This document shows, in pieces, positions 47,840 to 56,969 of a stretch of 64,000 nt of DNA. The notes under the pieces were generated by a model. The model did not search any database. It had not been told where the DNA came from and saw nothing but the letters and a program-made list of their open reading frames with translations. The stretch lies in assembly GCA_040219555.1 (NCBI GenBank), contig JAVJSF010000013.1, positions 55,507 through 119,506 on the forward strand, read 5' to 3'. Numbering within the stretch: the stretch's first letter is position 1; every line of letters starts with the position of its first letter. The position numbers and the translations under genes are program-made. The DNA comes from Miltoncostaeaceae bacterium (GTDB lineage: Bacteria > Actinomycetota > Thermoleophilia > Miltoncostaeales > Miltoncostaeaceae).

Positions 47840-47845
47840 TGTGCC

Positions 47846-49123
47846 GTGAGCGGCGGACCCCAGACCCGGCGGTGGCCCTCCCACCGCGTGGCGGCCGTCG
47901 GCGGGTTGCTGCTGCTGCTGGTCGTACTGGCGCTGCTGCGGGCGTTCGCGTGGCCCGAGGGGGCGCCTGCGGCGCCCGTCGATCCGGCGCGCTGGTTCGA
48001 CATGGACGCGGCCGCGGCAGATCGCCCGTTCCGGCGTGGCCTGTGGGCGCTGGCGGTGGCCGGGGCCCTGATCGTGCCGGCCGTGGCGGTGGCGGCGGCC
48101 GCCACCGGCGGCCGCTGGCGGCCCGCGGTGGTGCGGCTGGCGCGGGCCCGCCCGTGGCGGGCGGGCCTGATCGCCGGCGCCGGCCTGGGCGCCGCGATGG
48201 AGGTCGCCCTCCTGGCCGTGGGGGGCGCGCGCTTCGCATGGGGACGCCGCCACGGGGTGATCGTGCAGCCCGCCATGGAATGGCTGGCCGACCGGGCGCT
48301 GGCCGCCGCGATCACCCTGGTGCTGTTCGCCGCGCTGGGCGCCGGGCTGGCCGTTCTGCTCGCCCGCCTGCCACGGGCCTGGCCCGCCGTACTGGCCGCC
48401 GCGCTGGCCGCGCTGGCCGTGCTGCTCGTGGCCCTCACCCCGCTGCTCATCACCCCGCTGTTCGAGCGCACGACCCCGCTGGACGACGCCTCCCTGCGCG
48501 CGGACGTGCTGGCCCTGGCCGAGCGCGCCGGCGTGGAGGCGGGGCAGGTGCGCGTCAGCGACGCCTCCGCGCGCACCGTGGCGGCCAACGCCCGCGTGGC
48601 GGGTCTCGGCGACGGCCGGCGGATCGTCCTGTACGACACCCTGGTGGACGGTTTCCCGCGCGATCAGGTGCGCACCGTCGTCGCCCACGAGTTGGCCCAC
48701 GTGGCCCGTGATCACATCCCGCGCGGCACCCTCTGGGCGGCGGTCCTGATGGCGCCGCTCTGCCTGTTGCTGTCCGCCGCCGTGGCCTGGCGCACGGGGA
48801 CGGCGCCGCCGGCGCGCGATGCGGAAGGGTGCGACCTGGTGGTGCGCCGCCTGGCGGTGCTGGCCGCGGCCGGCGCGGTGCTTGCCCTGGCCTCGCTGCC
48901 GCTGCAGAACGGGCTCAGCCGTGCCTTCGAGCGCGAGGCCGACCGGCTTGCGGTGACCCTCACCGCCGATCCGGCGGCGGCCATCGCCCTCCAGCGGGGT
49001 CTGGTGGAGAGCAGTCGCAACGTGCCCGACCCGCCGGGCTGGGTGGTGTGGCTGTTCGGCACCCACCCGCCGGCGGCCGAGCGGGTGGCCATCGCGCTCG
49101 ACGCCGGCGCGGGGGCGTCCTGA
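47846..49123 (+). CDS. M48-family (Ste24/HtpX-like) zinc metallopeptidase, membrane-bound
   Basis: Several N-terminal TM helices. VVAHELAHVARDH (HExxH). EREADRLA. LFGTHPPAAERV. Confidence 0.85.
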   Translation: MSGGPQTRRWPSHRVAAVGGLLLLLVVLALLRAFAWPEGAPAAPVDPARWFDMDAAAADRPFRRGLWALAVAGALIVPAVAVAAAATGGRWRPAVVRLARARPWRAGLIAGAGLGAAMEVALLAVGGARFAWGRRHGVIVQPAMEWLADRALAAAITLVLFAALGAGLAVLLARLPRAWPAVLAAALAALAVLLVALTPLLITPLFERTTPLDDASLRADVLALAERAGVEAGQVRVSDASARTVAANARVAGLGDGRRIVLYDTLVDGFPRDQVRTVVAHELAHVARDHIPRGTLWAAVLMAPLCLLLSAAVAWRTGTAPPARDAEGCDLVVRRLAVLAAAGAVLALASLPLQNGLSRAFEREADRLAVTLTADPAAAIALQRGLVESSRNVPDPPGWVVWLFGTHPPAAERVAIALDAGAGAS

Positions 49124-49608
49124 TGGGTCGTCGCGCCGGCGGCAACCCACGCCTGCAACTGGCCTGCGTGGGCGGCCTGCGCGCGCCCCTCGACCGCGCG
49201 GGGGCCATGTTCGAGGAGCGCATCGACCGTATGGCCGGCCTGCGGGTGGACGAGGTGAAGGCCGAGCCGGTGCAGCGCGGCGAGGCCCGGGCGCGGGCGG
49301 CCGAGGGCGAGCGCCTGCGGGCGCGGCTGCTGGAGCGCGCCTGGGTGGTGGCCCTCGACCCGCTCGGCCGTCAGCCGAAGGACTCCGAGGCGTTCGCGGC
49401 GGGCCTGGGCCGGCGCATGGACGAGGGGCGCCCCGTGGCGTACGTGATCGGCGGCGCCGCCGGCCTGGACCCGGACCTCCTCGCGGCCGCCGACGAGCGA
49501 TTGGCCATCGGGACGCTCACCATGCCCCACCAACTCGCGCGCGTGGTGCTGACCGAGCAGGTCTACCGGGCGCTCTGCATCCTGGCCGGGCACCCGTATC
49601 CGCACTGA
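49123..49608 (+). CDS. rlmH: 23S rRNA (pseudouridine1915-N3)-methyltransferase
   Basis: ATG 49123 shares one nt with the M48 stop (TGATG). VVALDPLGRQ, AYVIGGAAGL, LAIGTLTMPHQLARVVLTEQVYRA, GHPYH-like end GHPYPH. Confidence 0.88.
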   Translation: MGRRAGGNPRLQLACVGGLRAPLDRAGAMFEERIDRMAGLRVDEVKAEPVQRGEARARAAEGERLRARLLERAWVVALDPLGRQPKDSEAFAAGLGRRMDEGRPVAYVIGGAAGLDPDLLAAADERLAIGTLTMPHQLARVVLTEQVYRALCILAGHPYPH

Positions 49609-49634
49609 GCCCGGCCGGCGGGACGTCCCGGTGC

Positions 49635-49640
49635 TACCGT
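49635..49640 (+). promoter_or_regulatory. -10-like TACCGT 6 nt upstream of the thioredoxin ATG
   Basis: TANNNT with no SD sequence. Confidence 0.45.
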
Positions 49641-49646
49641 CGCGCC

Positions 49647-50102
49647 ATGACCACGACCGACCCCTCCACCGTGATCCGGTGCCCGAACTGCGAGACGCTT
49701 AACCGGGTGCGCCCGGTGGCCAAGGGCACGCCGCGCTGTCGCTCGTGCAAGGAGCGCCTGCCCTGGATCGTCAACGCCACCACGGCGAGCTTCGACGCCG
49801 AGGTGGACGCCGCGGTGCCGGTGCTGGTGGACCTGTGGGCCCCCTGGTGCGGCCCGTGCCGCCAGGTGGCCCCCATCCTGCAGCGCATGGCGCTCGACCG
49901 CGCCGGCGCCTTCAAGGTCGTCAAGGTCAACGTGGACGAGGAGCCGGAGTTGTCGGCGCGCTTCGCCGTCCAGAGCATCCCGATGATGCTGCTGTTCGTC
50001 GACGGGCGCGAGGTCGACCGCATGATCGGCGCCTCGCCGATGGAGCAGATGCGCAACTGGGTCGACTCCCGCCAGGCCGCCGCCGGGGGCGCCGCGGGGT
50101 GA
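49647..50102 (+). CDS. trxC: Thioredoxin 2-type thioredoxin with an N-terminal zinc finger
   Basis: CPNC...CRSC zinc-finger pair, then VLVDLWAPWCGPCRQVAP. Confidence 0.9.
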   Translation: MTTTDPSTVIRCPNCETLNRVRPVAKGTPRCRSCKERLPWIVNATTASFDAEVDAAVPVLVDLWAPWCGPCRQVAPILQRMALDRAGAFKVVKVNVDEEPELSARFAVQSIPMMLLFVDGREVDRMIGASPMEQMRNWVDSRQAAAGGAAG

Positions 50103-50118
50103 GGTCCGGGCCCCGGGC

Positions 50119-50124
50119 TACCCT
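50119..50124 (+). promoter_or_regulatory. -10-like TACCCT 6 nt upstream of the nuclease-helicase ATG
   Basis: TANNNT with no SD sequence. Confidence 0.45.
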
Positions 50125-50130
50125 CGGGCC

Positions 50131-53100
50131 ATGATCCGCGACGACGACGGGACGCTGCTGCTGGCGGCGACCGACCTCACCGACCACCTCGCCTGCGAGC
50201 ACCTCACCGAGCAGCGCCGGCGCCAGGCCGTGGGCGAGCGCGGGAAGCCCCACGCCTGGGAGGACGCCCACGGCGATCTCATCCGAGAGCGCGGGGAGCA
50301 GCACGAGCGGGAGCAGTTCGAGCGGTTGAAGGAGGCCGCCGGCGGCGACTGGGTGGATCTGGCGGCCGGTGGCGGATCCTTCCCGCGCACCGCTCCCGAG
50401 TTCGCCGCCGCCCGCGGCCGCACCGAGGCGGCGATGCGCGCCGGCACGCGTCTGATCTTCCAGGCCGGCCTGTTCGACGGGCGCTGGCAGGGGCGGGCCG
50501 ACTTCCTGCGGCGCATCGAGGAGCCCTCGGCCCTGGGTCCATGGTCGTACGAGGTCATCGACACCAAGCTCTCGCGCCAGGTCAGGCCGGCAACCGTGCA
50601 CCAACTGGCGCTCTACAGCCGCCTGGTGGGGGAGATCCAGGGCCGTGCCCCGGCGCTGGCCCACGTCATCACCGGCGACGGGACCGAGCACGCGGTGGAC
50701 CTGGGGCGGTACGCCGCCCTGCACCGCCACCAGATCCGCCGGCTCGAGCGGGTGCTGGCGATGGGGGAGCGCGACACGTATCCGGAGCCCACGGGCCACT
50801 GCGACATCTGCCGCTTCGACCGCGAGTGCTCGGGCCGCCGGCGCGAGGACGACCACCTCAGCCTGGTGGCCGGAGCCGCGCGCACCCACCGAGAGCGACT
50901 GGTGGCCGCGGGCATCGGCACGCTGGGCGCCCTGGCCGAGCACGACCCCGCCGCCCCGCTGGCCGGCCTGGCTCCCGAGCGCGTGGACCTGCTGCACCAC
51001 CAGGCCCGCCTGCAGAGCAACGCCCGGCAGGGACTCTCGCCGGTTCGCCGGCACCTGGAGCCCCTGGCCGAGCGCGGCTACGCCCGCCTGCCGGCGCCCG
51101 GTCCGGGCGACCTGTTCTTCGACCTCGAGGGCGACCCGTACCTCGACACCGAGGGCGGGGTGGAGTTCCTGTGGGGGTGGTGCGACGCCGCCGGCGACTA
51201 CGAGTGCGTCTGGGCGCTCGACCGCGCCGCCGAGCGGGAGGCGCTACGGGCGTTCATCGACCGCGTGGAGTCGGCCCGCGCCGCACATCCGGACATGCAC
51301 GTGTACCACTACGCGCCGCACGAGCGCTCGGCCCTGAGCCGCCTGGCCATGACCCACGGGGTGGGCGAGGCCGAGGTGGACGACTGGCTGCGCTCCGGCG
51401 TGCTGGTGGACCTGTACGGCGTCGTGCGTCAGGGGTTGCAGGTGGGGGAGGAGAGCTACTCCCTGAAGCGCCTGGAGCACCACCACGGCTTCCGCCGGCT
51501 GGAGGAGTCGGTGCGCGCCGGCGGCGGGGCCATCGCCACCTTCGAGGCCTGGCGCGAGTGCGGGGCGCAGGAACTGCTGGACGCCATCCGCGATTACAAC
51601 CGCGAGGACTGCGAGTCCACCCGCAGCCTGGCCGCGTGGCTGTGGGAGCACATGCGCCCCGAGGCCGAGGCGCAGTTCGGCGTGGACTTCGGGGCGCTGA
51701 TGGCCGAGGTGCCGGAGGCCCACGATCCGCCCCCGTGGCTGGGCGAGGTGGAGGCGCTGCGCGAGCGCCTTCACGCCGGGTTGCCCGACGAGCCCGCCGA
51801 CGACCACCTCGACGAGGCCGAGCGGCGTCTGCTGGGCCACCTGATCCTGTACCACCACCGCGAGAACAAGCCCCAGTGGTGGGACTACTTCCGGATGGCC
51901 GGCCTCAGCGCCGAGGAACTGGCCGACGAGCGCGAGGCGATCGGCCTGATCGCCCTGGACGAGTCGGTGGCGCCGACGCCGTACAAGCGCTCGCTGGACT
52001 GGACGCTGCGCTTCCCGCCCCAGGAGACCAAGCTCGGTGCCGGGCCCGCCCGCGACCCGATCGCCGGCGACAATCACACCATCGTCTCGGTGGACGAAGG
52101 CACACTGGTGCTGCGGCGGGGGAAGGGCAAGGATGCCCCGCGACCCACCGCGCTGATGGGCGGCACTCCGCCGGATCCGAAGGCACTTCGCGGGGCGCTG
52201 GTCGAGTTGGCGGGTGAGGTGGCGGACGCTGCGGGCGCCGCCGGTCGTTTCCCCGCCCTGCGGGCCCTGCTCCGCGGCGATCCGCCGGCCCTCGACCCGT
52301 CCCTGCTGCGCCCCGAGGTCGACTCCCTCGTGGTCGCCACGCTGGCCCTCTCGGGCACCACCCTTCCCGTGCAGGGGCCGCCCGGCACCGGCAAGACCTA
52401 TTCGGGGGCGCGGATGATCGTCGCCGCGCTCGCCGCCGGCCGGCGGGTGGCGATCACCGCCAACAGCCATGCCGCCATCCAGAACCTGCTGCGTGCGGTG
52501 GAGGAGCACGCCGCCGAGGTCGGTGCCCCGTTCGCCGGCGCCTACAGGGGCGAGGGCTACGACGGCTCCGCGGGGTACATCGAGGAACTCGGCAACGAGG
52601 AGATCGAGGCCGGCGATCACCAACTGGTCGCCGGCACCGCCTGGCTGCTGTCGCGCGAGGCATTCCGCGCGGAGGGCCCGCGCTTCGACCTGCTGTTCGT
52701 GGACGAGGCCGGTCAGATGGCCCTGGCGGCGGCCCTGGCGGCGGGCACCTGCGCCGATTCGCTGGTGCTGCTGGGCGACCCGCAGCAGTTGCCGCAGGTC
52801 AACCAGGCCGCCCACCCCGAGGGCGCCGGCGCCTCGGTGCTGGAGCACGTCCTGGCGGGCCACGACACGCTGCCGTCCGACCGGGGAGTGCTGCTGGACG
52901 TGAGCTGGCGCATGCACCCCGAGGTGTGCGCCTTCGTGTCCGAGCGCAGCTACGGCGGGCTGCTGGCCTCGCGCCCCGAGTGCGCGGTGCGGTCTGTCGA
53001 TGCCCCGGGGCCGCTCGCCGGCGCCGGCCTGCGCACCATCGAGGTGGACCACGCCGGCCGCTCCCAGGAGTCCGCCGAGGAGGCGCAGGCCGTCGCCCGG

Positions 53101-53526
53101 GCGTGCGCGGATCTCCTGGCCGGCGGCACGGTGACCGACCGCGACGGCTCCCGGCGCCCGCTGACGGCCGAGGGCATCATGGTGGTGGCACCGTTCAACA
53201 TGGCCGTCGCGTGCATCCGCCGCGCCGTCCCCGAGGGCGTTCGCGTTGGGACCGTCGATCGCTTCCAGGGCCAGGAGGCGCCGGTCGTCTTCTTCGCGAT
53301 GACGTGCTCCTCGGGCGAGGACGTGCCGCGGGGGCTGGAGTTCCTGTTCGAGCGCAACCGTCTCAACGTCGCCATCTCGCGCGCGCAGTGCCTGGCGGTG
53401 CTGGTGCACAGCCCCCGCCTGCTGGACGCCGACTGCCGCTCGCTGGAGCAGATGGCACTGGTGGACGGGGCGTGTCGCTTCGTGGAGATGGCGGCCGGGC
53501 AGGCGGGGGTCATCACGCCGGCATGA
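50131..53526 (+). CDS. RecB/Cas4-like nuclease (TM0106-type) plus RNase H-like domain plus SF1B (Dna2/Upf1-like) helicase fusion
   Basis: DLTDHLACEHL, GRADFL...YEVIDTKLS (PD-(D/E)xK), HCDICRFDRECS (Cys cluster), LFFDLEGDPY/YHYAPHERSAL (RNase H-like), VQGPPGTGKTY, LLFVDEAGQM, VDRFQGQEAPVVF, LNVAISRA. Confidence 0.85.
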   Translation: MIRDDDGTLLLAATDLTDHLACEHLTEQRRRQAVGERGKPHAWEDAHGDLIRERGEQHEREQFERLKEAAGGDWVDLAAGGGSFPRTAPEFAAARGRTEAAMRAGTRLIFQAGLFDGRWQGRADFLRRIEEPSALGPWSYEVIDTKLSRQVRPATVHQLALYSRLVGEIQGRAPALAHVITGDGTEHAVDLGRYAALHRHQIRRLERVLAMGERDTYPEPTGHCDICRFDRECSGRRREDDHLSLVAGAARTHRERLVAAGIGTLGALAEHDPAAPLAGLAPERVDLLHHQARLQSNARQGLSPVRRHLEPLAERGYARLPAPGPGDLFFDLEGDPYLDTEGGVEFLWGWCDAAGDYECVWALDRAAEREALRAFIDRVESARAAHPDMHVYHYAPHERSALSRLAMTHGVGEAEVDDWLRSGVLVDLYGVVRQGLQVGEESYSLKRLEHHHGFRRLEESVRAGGGAIATFEAWRECGAQELLDAIRDYNREDCESTRSLAAWLWEHMRPEAEAQFGVDFGALMAEVPEAHDPPPWLGEVEALRERLHAGLPDEPADDHLDEAERRLLGHLILYHHRENKPQWWDYFRMAGLSAEELADEREAIGLIALDESVAPTPYKRSLDWTLRFPPQETKLGAGPARDPIAGDNHTIVSVDEGTLVLRRGKGKDAPRPTALMGGTPPDPKALRGALVELAGEVADAAGAAGRFPALRALLRGDPPALDPSLLRPEVDSLVVATLALSGTTLPVQGPPGTGKTYSGARMIVAALAAGRRVAITANSHAAIQNLLRAVEEHAAEVGAPFAGAYRGEGYDGSAGYIEELGNEEIEAGDHQLVAGTAWLLSREAFRAEGPRFDLLFVDEAGQMALAAALAAGTCADSLVLLGDPQQLPQVNQAAHPEGAGASVLEHVLAGHDTLPSDRGVLLDVSWRMHPEVCAFVSERSYGGLLASRPECAVRSVDAPGPLAGAGLRTIEVDHAGRSQESAEEAQAVARACADLLAGGTVTDRDGSRRPLTAEGIMVVAPFNMAVACIRRAVPEGVRVGTVDRFQGQEAPVVFFAMTCSSGEDVPRGLEFLFERNRLNVAISRAQCLAVLVHSPRLLDADCRSLEQMALVDGACRFVEMAAGQAGVITPA

Positions 53527-53534
53527 GCGCGCGG

Positions 53535-53540
53535 TAGGGT
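53535..53540 (+). promoter_or_regulatory. -10-like TAGGGT 8 nt upstream of the argS GTG
   Basis: TANNNT with no SD sequence. Confidence 0.4.
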
Positions 53541-53548
53541 CCGCCGCT

Positions 53549-55213
53549 GTGACCGAGAGCCCGCACCTCGCCCCCATCCGCGCCGCCCTGGGCGCCGCCG
53601 CCGAGGCGGTCGCCGGCCAGCCCCCCGCCGCCGTGCCGCTGGCACCGCCGGCCCAGCCCGAGATGGGCGACATCGCCAGCCCCGTGGCCATGGCGATGGC
53701 GAAGGCCGCCAAGCGCCCGCCGCGCGACATCGCCCAGGGGATCGCCGACCTGCTGACCGGCGCTTCGCACGACTGGCTGGAGTCGGTGGAGGTGGCCGGC
53801 CCCGGCTTCCTGAACCTGCGCCTGACCCCGGCCTGGTTCGCCGGCGTGGCCGCCGCGGTGGCCGAGGCCGGCGCCGATCATGGCCGCGACTGCGTGGCGG
53901 AGCCCAGGCGCATCCTGATGGAGTACGTCTCGGCCAACCCCACCGGTCCGCCGCACGTGGGCCACGCGCGCCAGGCCGCCTACGGCGACTCCCTGGCCCG
54001 GCTGCTGGCCTTCGGCGGGCACACCGTGGCGCGCGAGTACTACGTCAACGACCACGGGCGCCAGATGCGCCTGTTCGGGGCGTCGGTGGCGGCGCGCTAT
54101 GCCCAGGCGTGCGGCATCGAGGCCGAGATCCCCGAGGGCGGGTACCAGGGCGAGTACGTGGTGGGGATCGCCGCCACGCTGTTCGCCGAGATGGGCGACG
54201 CGTGGGCCGACGGCGCCGACCCGCCCACCGAGGAGGCACTCGGGTGGTTCACCGACCGCGGCCGCGAGTTGATGCTCGACCAGATCGGCGCGGAGCTGGA
54301 GCGCTTCCGTGTGCGCTTCGACGCCTGGTTCTCCGAGACGACCCTGCACGAGGCGGACCGGGTGGCGGCGGCGGTGCGGGCGCTGCGCGACTCGGGTGAC
54401 GCCTACGAGCAGGAAGGGGCCGTCTGGTTCGCGACCAGCCGCTACGGCGACGAGAAGGACCGTGTGCTGGTGCGCTCGGACGGCGAGCCCACCTACCTGG
54501 CCGCCGACGTCGCCTACCACCTCGACAAGGCCGGCCGTGGCGACGACATCCTCGTCGACGTGCTGGGCGCCGACCACCACGGCTACATCGCCCGCCTGCG
54601 TGCGGTCCTGGCCGCGGGCGGCCACCCGCCCGAGATGCTGGAGACCAGCATCATCCAGTTGGTGAGCCTGATCGAGCACGGCGAGGCGCGCAAGATGAGC
54701 AAGCGCTCCGGCACGGTCGTGACCCTGGGCGACCTGCTGGACGACATCGGGGTGGACGCGGCCCGTTTCTTCCTGGTACAGCGCTCGCACGAGACGGCGC
54801 TCGACCTCGACCTGGACCTCGCGCGCGAGCAGAGCCAGGAGAACCCGGTCTACTACGTGCAGTACGCGCACGCACGGGTCTGCAGCATCCTGGGCCAACT
54901 CGCCGAGGGCGACCATCCGCCGGCCGGGACGCCCCCGCCGGCCACCCTCGATCCGGCCGAGCGGGCGCTGGCACTCGCGCTTGCCGCCTGGCCCGAGGCG
55001 CTGGCCGAGGCGATCGAGCGCCGCGCACCGCACCGCGTCGCCACCTACCTGGTGGACCTGGCGCGCGAGTTCCACGGCTTCTACCACCGCTGCCGCGTGG
55101 TGGGGGAGCCCGAGGACGTGCGCGCGCTGCGGATCGCCCTGTGTCGCGCCACCGCCGGGACGGCGCGCGCCGGCCTGGACCTGCTGGGGGTCGAGGCGCC
55201 CGAGCGGATGTAG
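53549..55213 (+). CDS. argS: Arginine--tRNA ligase
   Basis: SANPTGPPHVGHAR (HIGH-type), KMSKRSGT (KMSK), DALR-type anticodon-binding C-terminus ending in ...APERM. Confidence 0.95.
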   Translation: MTESPHLAPIRAALGAAAEAVAGQPPAAVPLAPPAQPEMGDIASPVAMAMAKAAKRPPRDIAQGIADLLTGASHDWLESVEVAGPGFLNLRLTPAWFAGVAAAVAEAGADHGRDCVAEPRRILMEYVSANPTGPPHVGHARQAAYGDSLARLLAFGGHTVAREYYVNDHGRQMRLFGASVAARYAQACGIEAEIPEGGYQGEYVVGIAATLFAEMGDAWADGADPPTEEALGWFTDRGRELMLDQIGAELERFRVRFDAWFSETTLHEADRVAAAVRALRDSGDAYEQEGAVWFATSRYGDEKDRVLVRSDGEPTYLAADVAYHLDKAGRGDDILVDVLGADHHGYIARLRAVLAAGGHPPEMLETSIIQLVSLIEHGEARKMSKRSGTVVTLGDLLDDIGVDAARFFLVQRSHETALDLDLDLAREQSQENPVYYVQYAHARVCSILGQLAEGDHPPAGTPPPATLDPAERALALALAAWPEALAEAIERRAPHRVATYLVDLAREFHGFYHRCRVVGEPEDVRALRIALCRATAGTARAGLDLLGVEAPERM

Positions 55214-55234
55214 GCGAGCCCGCGGCGGGCTTGC
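55214..55234. terminator. Hairpin between convergent argS and methyltransferase genes
   Basis: GCGAGCCCG-CGG-CGGGCTTGC, a 9-bp stem including one G-U pair, begins at the first base after the argS stop. Confidence 0.45.
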
Positions 55235-55240
55235 CGCCGG

Positions 55241-56053
55241 TCAGCCCGAGCGGCGCCCGCTGATGATCAGGTGCTCCGCCGGCATGGCCACGGTCCCGTC
55301 CGGGAGGCGCAGGCGCTCGAAGAACGCGTGCAGGTCGCCGGTGAACGCCTCCCATACCCCGGCCGCCTCGAGCGCGGGCCGCGCCGCCACGATCGGGCCG
55401 AACCGGTCGCGGTACAGTGCCGTCGCGGCCTCGGTCGAGGTGAAGGGGACCGTATAGGTGCCCGCGACGATGGCCAGGTCGGCGCAGCCGGGCTGGTCGA
55501 AGACCGCGCGGATGTGGTGCGGGTCGCCCCACTGCAGCGGCGACTCGATGCCGGCCGGCGGGGGCGGGCTGTGGCGCGCCGGCAGGCCGAGGAACTCGGC
55601 CACGGCTCCGCCGGCGTCCCAGGTGCTCATGGCGAACCGTCCCCCGGGCGCCAGGACCCGCAGGATCTCACCCGCCACCAATAGGTGCTGCGGGGCGAAC
55701 ATCGCGCCGAAGTTCGACAGCACGACGTCGGCGGCATCGTCCTCCACCGGCAGCGAGCGGGCGTCGCCCTCGCGCAGGTCGAGATGCAGGCGGGCCTCGT
55801 CGGCGGCCGCCCGAGCCCGATCCAGCATGCCGGGGGCGATGTCGATGCCGATGACCCGCGCGCCCTCGCGGGCGGCCTGCAGCGCGACGGTGCCGTTGCC
55901 GCACCCCACGTCGACCACCACCTCGCCCGGCTGCGGGGCGGCGCCGGCCACCAGCGCCGTGGCCACCGGGGCGATCATCCGGGCGAACGGGTCGAAGTCG
56001 CCCGCATCCCAGCTCTCGCGCTGCCTGTCCACGAACCGGTCGAACTCGTCCAT
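55241..56053 (-). CDS. Class I SAM-dependent methyltransferase
   Basis: ATG 56053 with GGAAGG upstream. VVDVGCGNGTVAL (motif I), VIGIDIAPGML, DVVLSNFG, LAPGGRFA. Confidence 0.8.
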   Translation of the reverse strand: MDEFDRFVDRQRESWDAGDFDPFARMIAPVATALVAGAAPQPGEVVVDVGCGNGTVALQAAREGARVIGIDIAPGMLDRARAAADEARLHLDLREGDARSLPVEDDAADVVLSNFGAMFAPQHLLVAGEILRVLAPGGRFAMSTWDAGGAVAEFLGLPARHSPPPPAGIESPLQWGDPHHIRAVFDQPGCADLAIVAGTYTVPFTSTEAATALYRDRFGPIVAARPALEAAGVWEAFTGDLHAFFERLRLPDGTVAMPAEHLIISGRRSG

Positions 56054-56153
56054 CGTCGCCTTCCCGCGCCGCACGCCGTGCCCGTGGTCTATCCGGAACC
56101 GGCGCGCGCGACAAGCCGGCCGGGAGAATCGGCGTGGTAATCTGACCCGCACT

Positions 56154-56226
56154 GCGGATGTAGCTCAGTTGGTAGAGCGTTGGCTTCCCAAGCCGAAGGT
56201 CGCGGGTTCGAGCCCCGTCGTCCGCT
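56154..56226 (+). tRNA. tRNA-Gly (anticodon CCC)
   Basis: Hand fold: GCGGATG TA GCTC AGTTGGT AGAGC G TTGGC TTCCCAA GCCGA AGGTC GCGGG TTCGAGC CCCGT CGTCCGC T. CCA is not encoded. Confidence 0.9.
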
Positions 56227-56253
56227 TCATGAACCAGGTGGCTGCAGCGTCCG

Positions 56254-56763
56254 TCAGGTAGTCGCGCCGCCTTGTGCCGAGTCCACAGCGCGCCCGTCGG
56301 AGCCGATGACCGACATGCTGCCGTCGGTCTCCAGGACGACCGCCGCGACGCCATCGAGCCCCCCGCGCCCCGATGCGCGCACGGCCTGCATGACCTCCGC
56401 CTCCGTGAGTCGCTCGCGCCGCAGCACCCCATGGAGCAGGCGACCGTCGCGCACCACCAGCGAGGGCTCCGACTTGACCAGCGCCTCGATCTTCGATGAG
56501 CGCGTCTGGCTGTAGGCGACGGCCGCCTGCAGGCCCACAAGGGCGGCGAACGCCAGCACCGACTCCACCAGCGGGACGGAGGCGTCGAGTACGGCGGCGG
56601 CCAGCGTCGACCCGAGCGCCACCGTGACCACCAGGTCGAAGGCGTTCAGCTTCGCCAGCGTCCGCTTGCCGGAGGTGCGCAGGACGAACACCAGGGCCCC
56701 GTAGGCGAGCGGCGCGAAGACGGCGATCCGGGCGACCCCGATCCAGTCGTCGAAGAAGTTCAT
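56254..56763 (-). CDS. DUF421 (YetF-like) membrane protein
   Basis: ATG 56763 after GGGAGG. RIAVFAPLAYGALVFVLRTSGKRTLAKLNAFDLVVTVALGS and VVRDGRLL...LRRERLTEAEV are characteristic of DUF421. Confidence 0.75.
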   Translation of the reverse strand: MNFFDDWIGVARIAVFAPLAYGALVFVLRTSGKRTLAKLNAFDLVVTVALGSTLAAAVLDASVPLVESVLAFAALVGLQAAVAYSQTRSSKIEALVKSEPSLVVRDGRLLHGVLRRERLTEAEVMQAVRASGRGGLDGVAAVVLETDGSMSVIGSDGRAVDSAQGGATT

Positions 56764-56969
56764 GCCGCCTCCCGCGGATGGTGTGGACGTCCCAGCTCGT
56801 CGCGCCGGCACGCGGCATCATCTCGCAGGGCCGATCCGCCGGTCGATCACGACGTCGTGCCGCCGGCCGCGATCGGCGCAGCACCGCCCCGGGGCCCGTC
56901 TTGTGCCCGTACGGCGCCTGGGCCATGATGCGCGCGCCCGCCGGCCCGTGCCCGATCAGGAGTGACCCA

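Noticed and set aside
47820-48239. 388-aa version of the metallophosphoesterase starting at ATG 48239
   Set aside because: The extra 140 aa are Arg/Pro-rich and low-complexity, and they are entirely antisense to the M48 peptidase gene. This version was rejected, but the missing start codon is reported as a finding.
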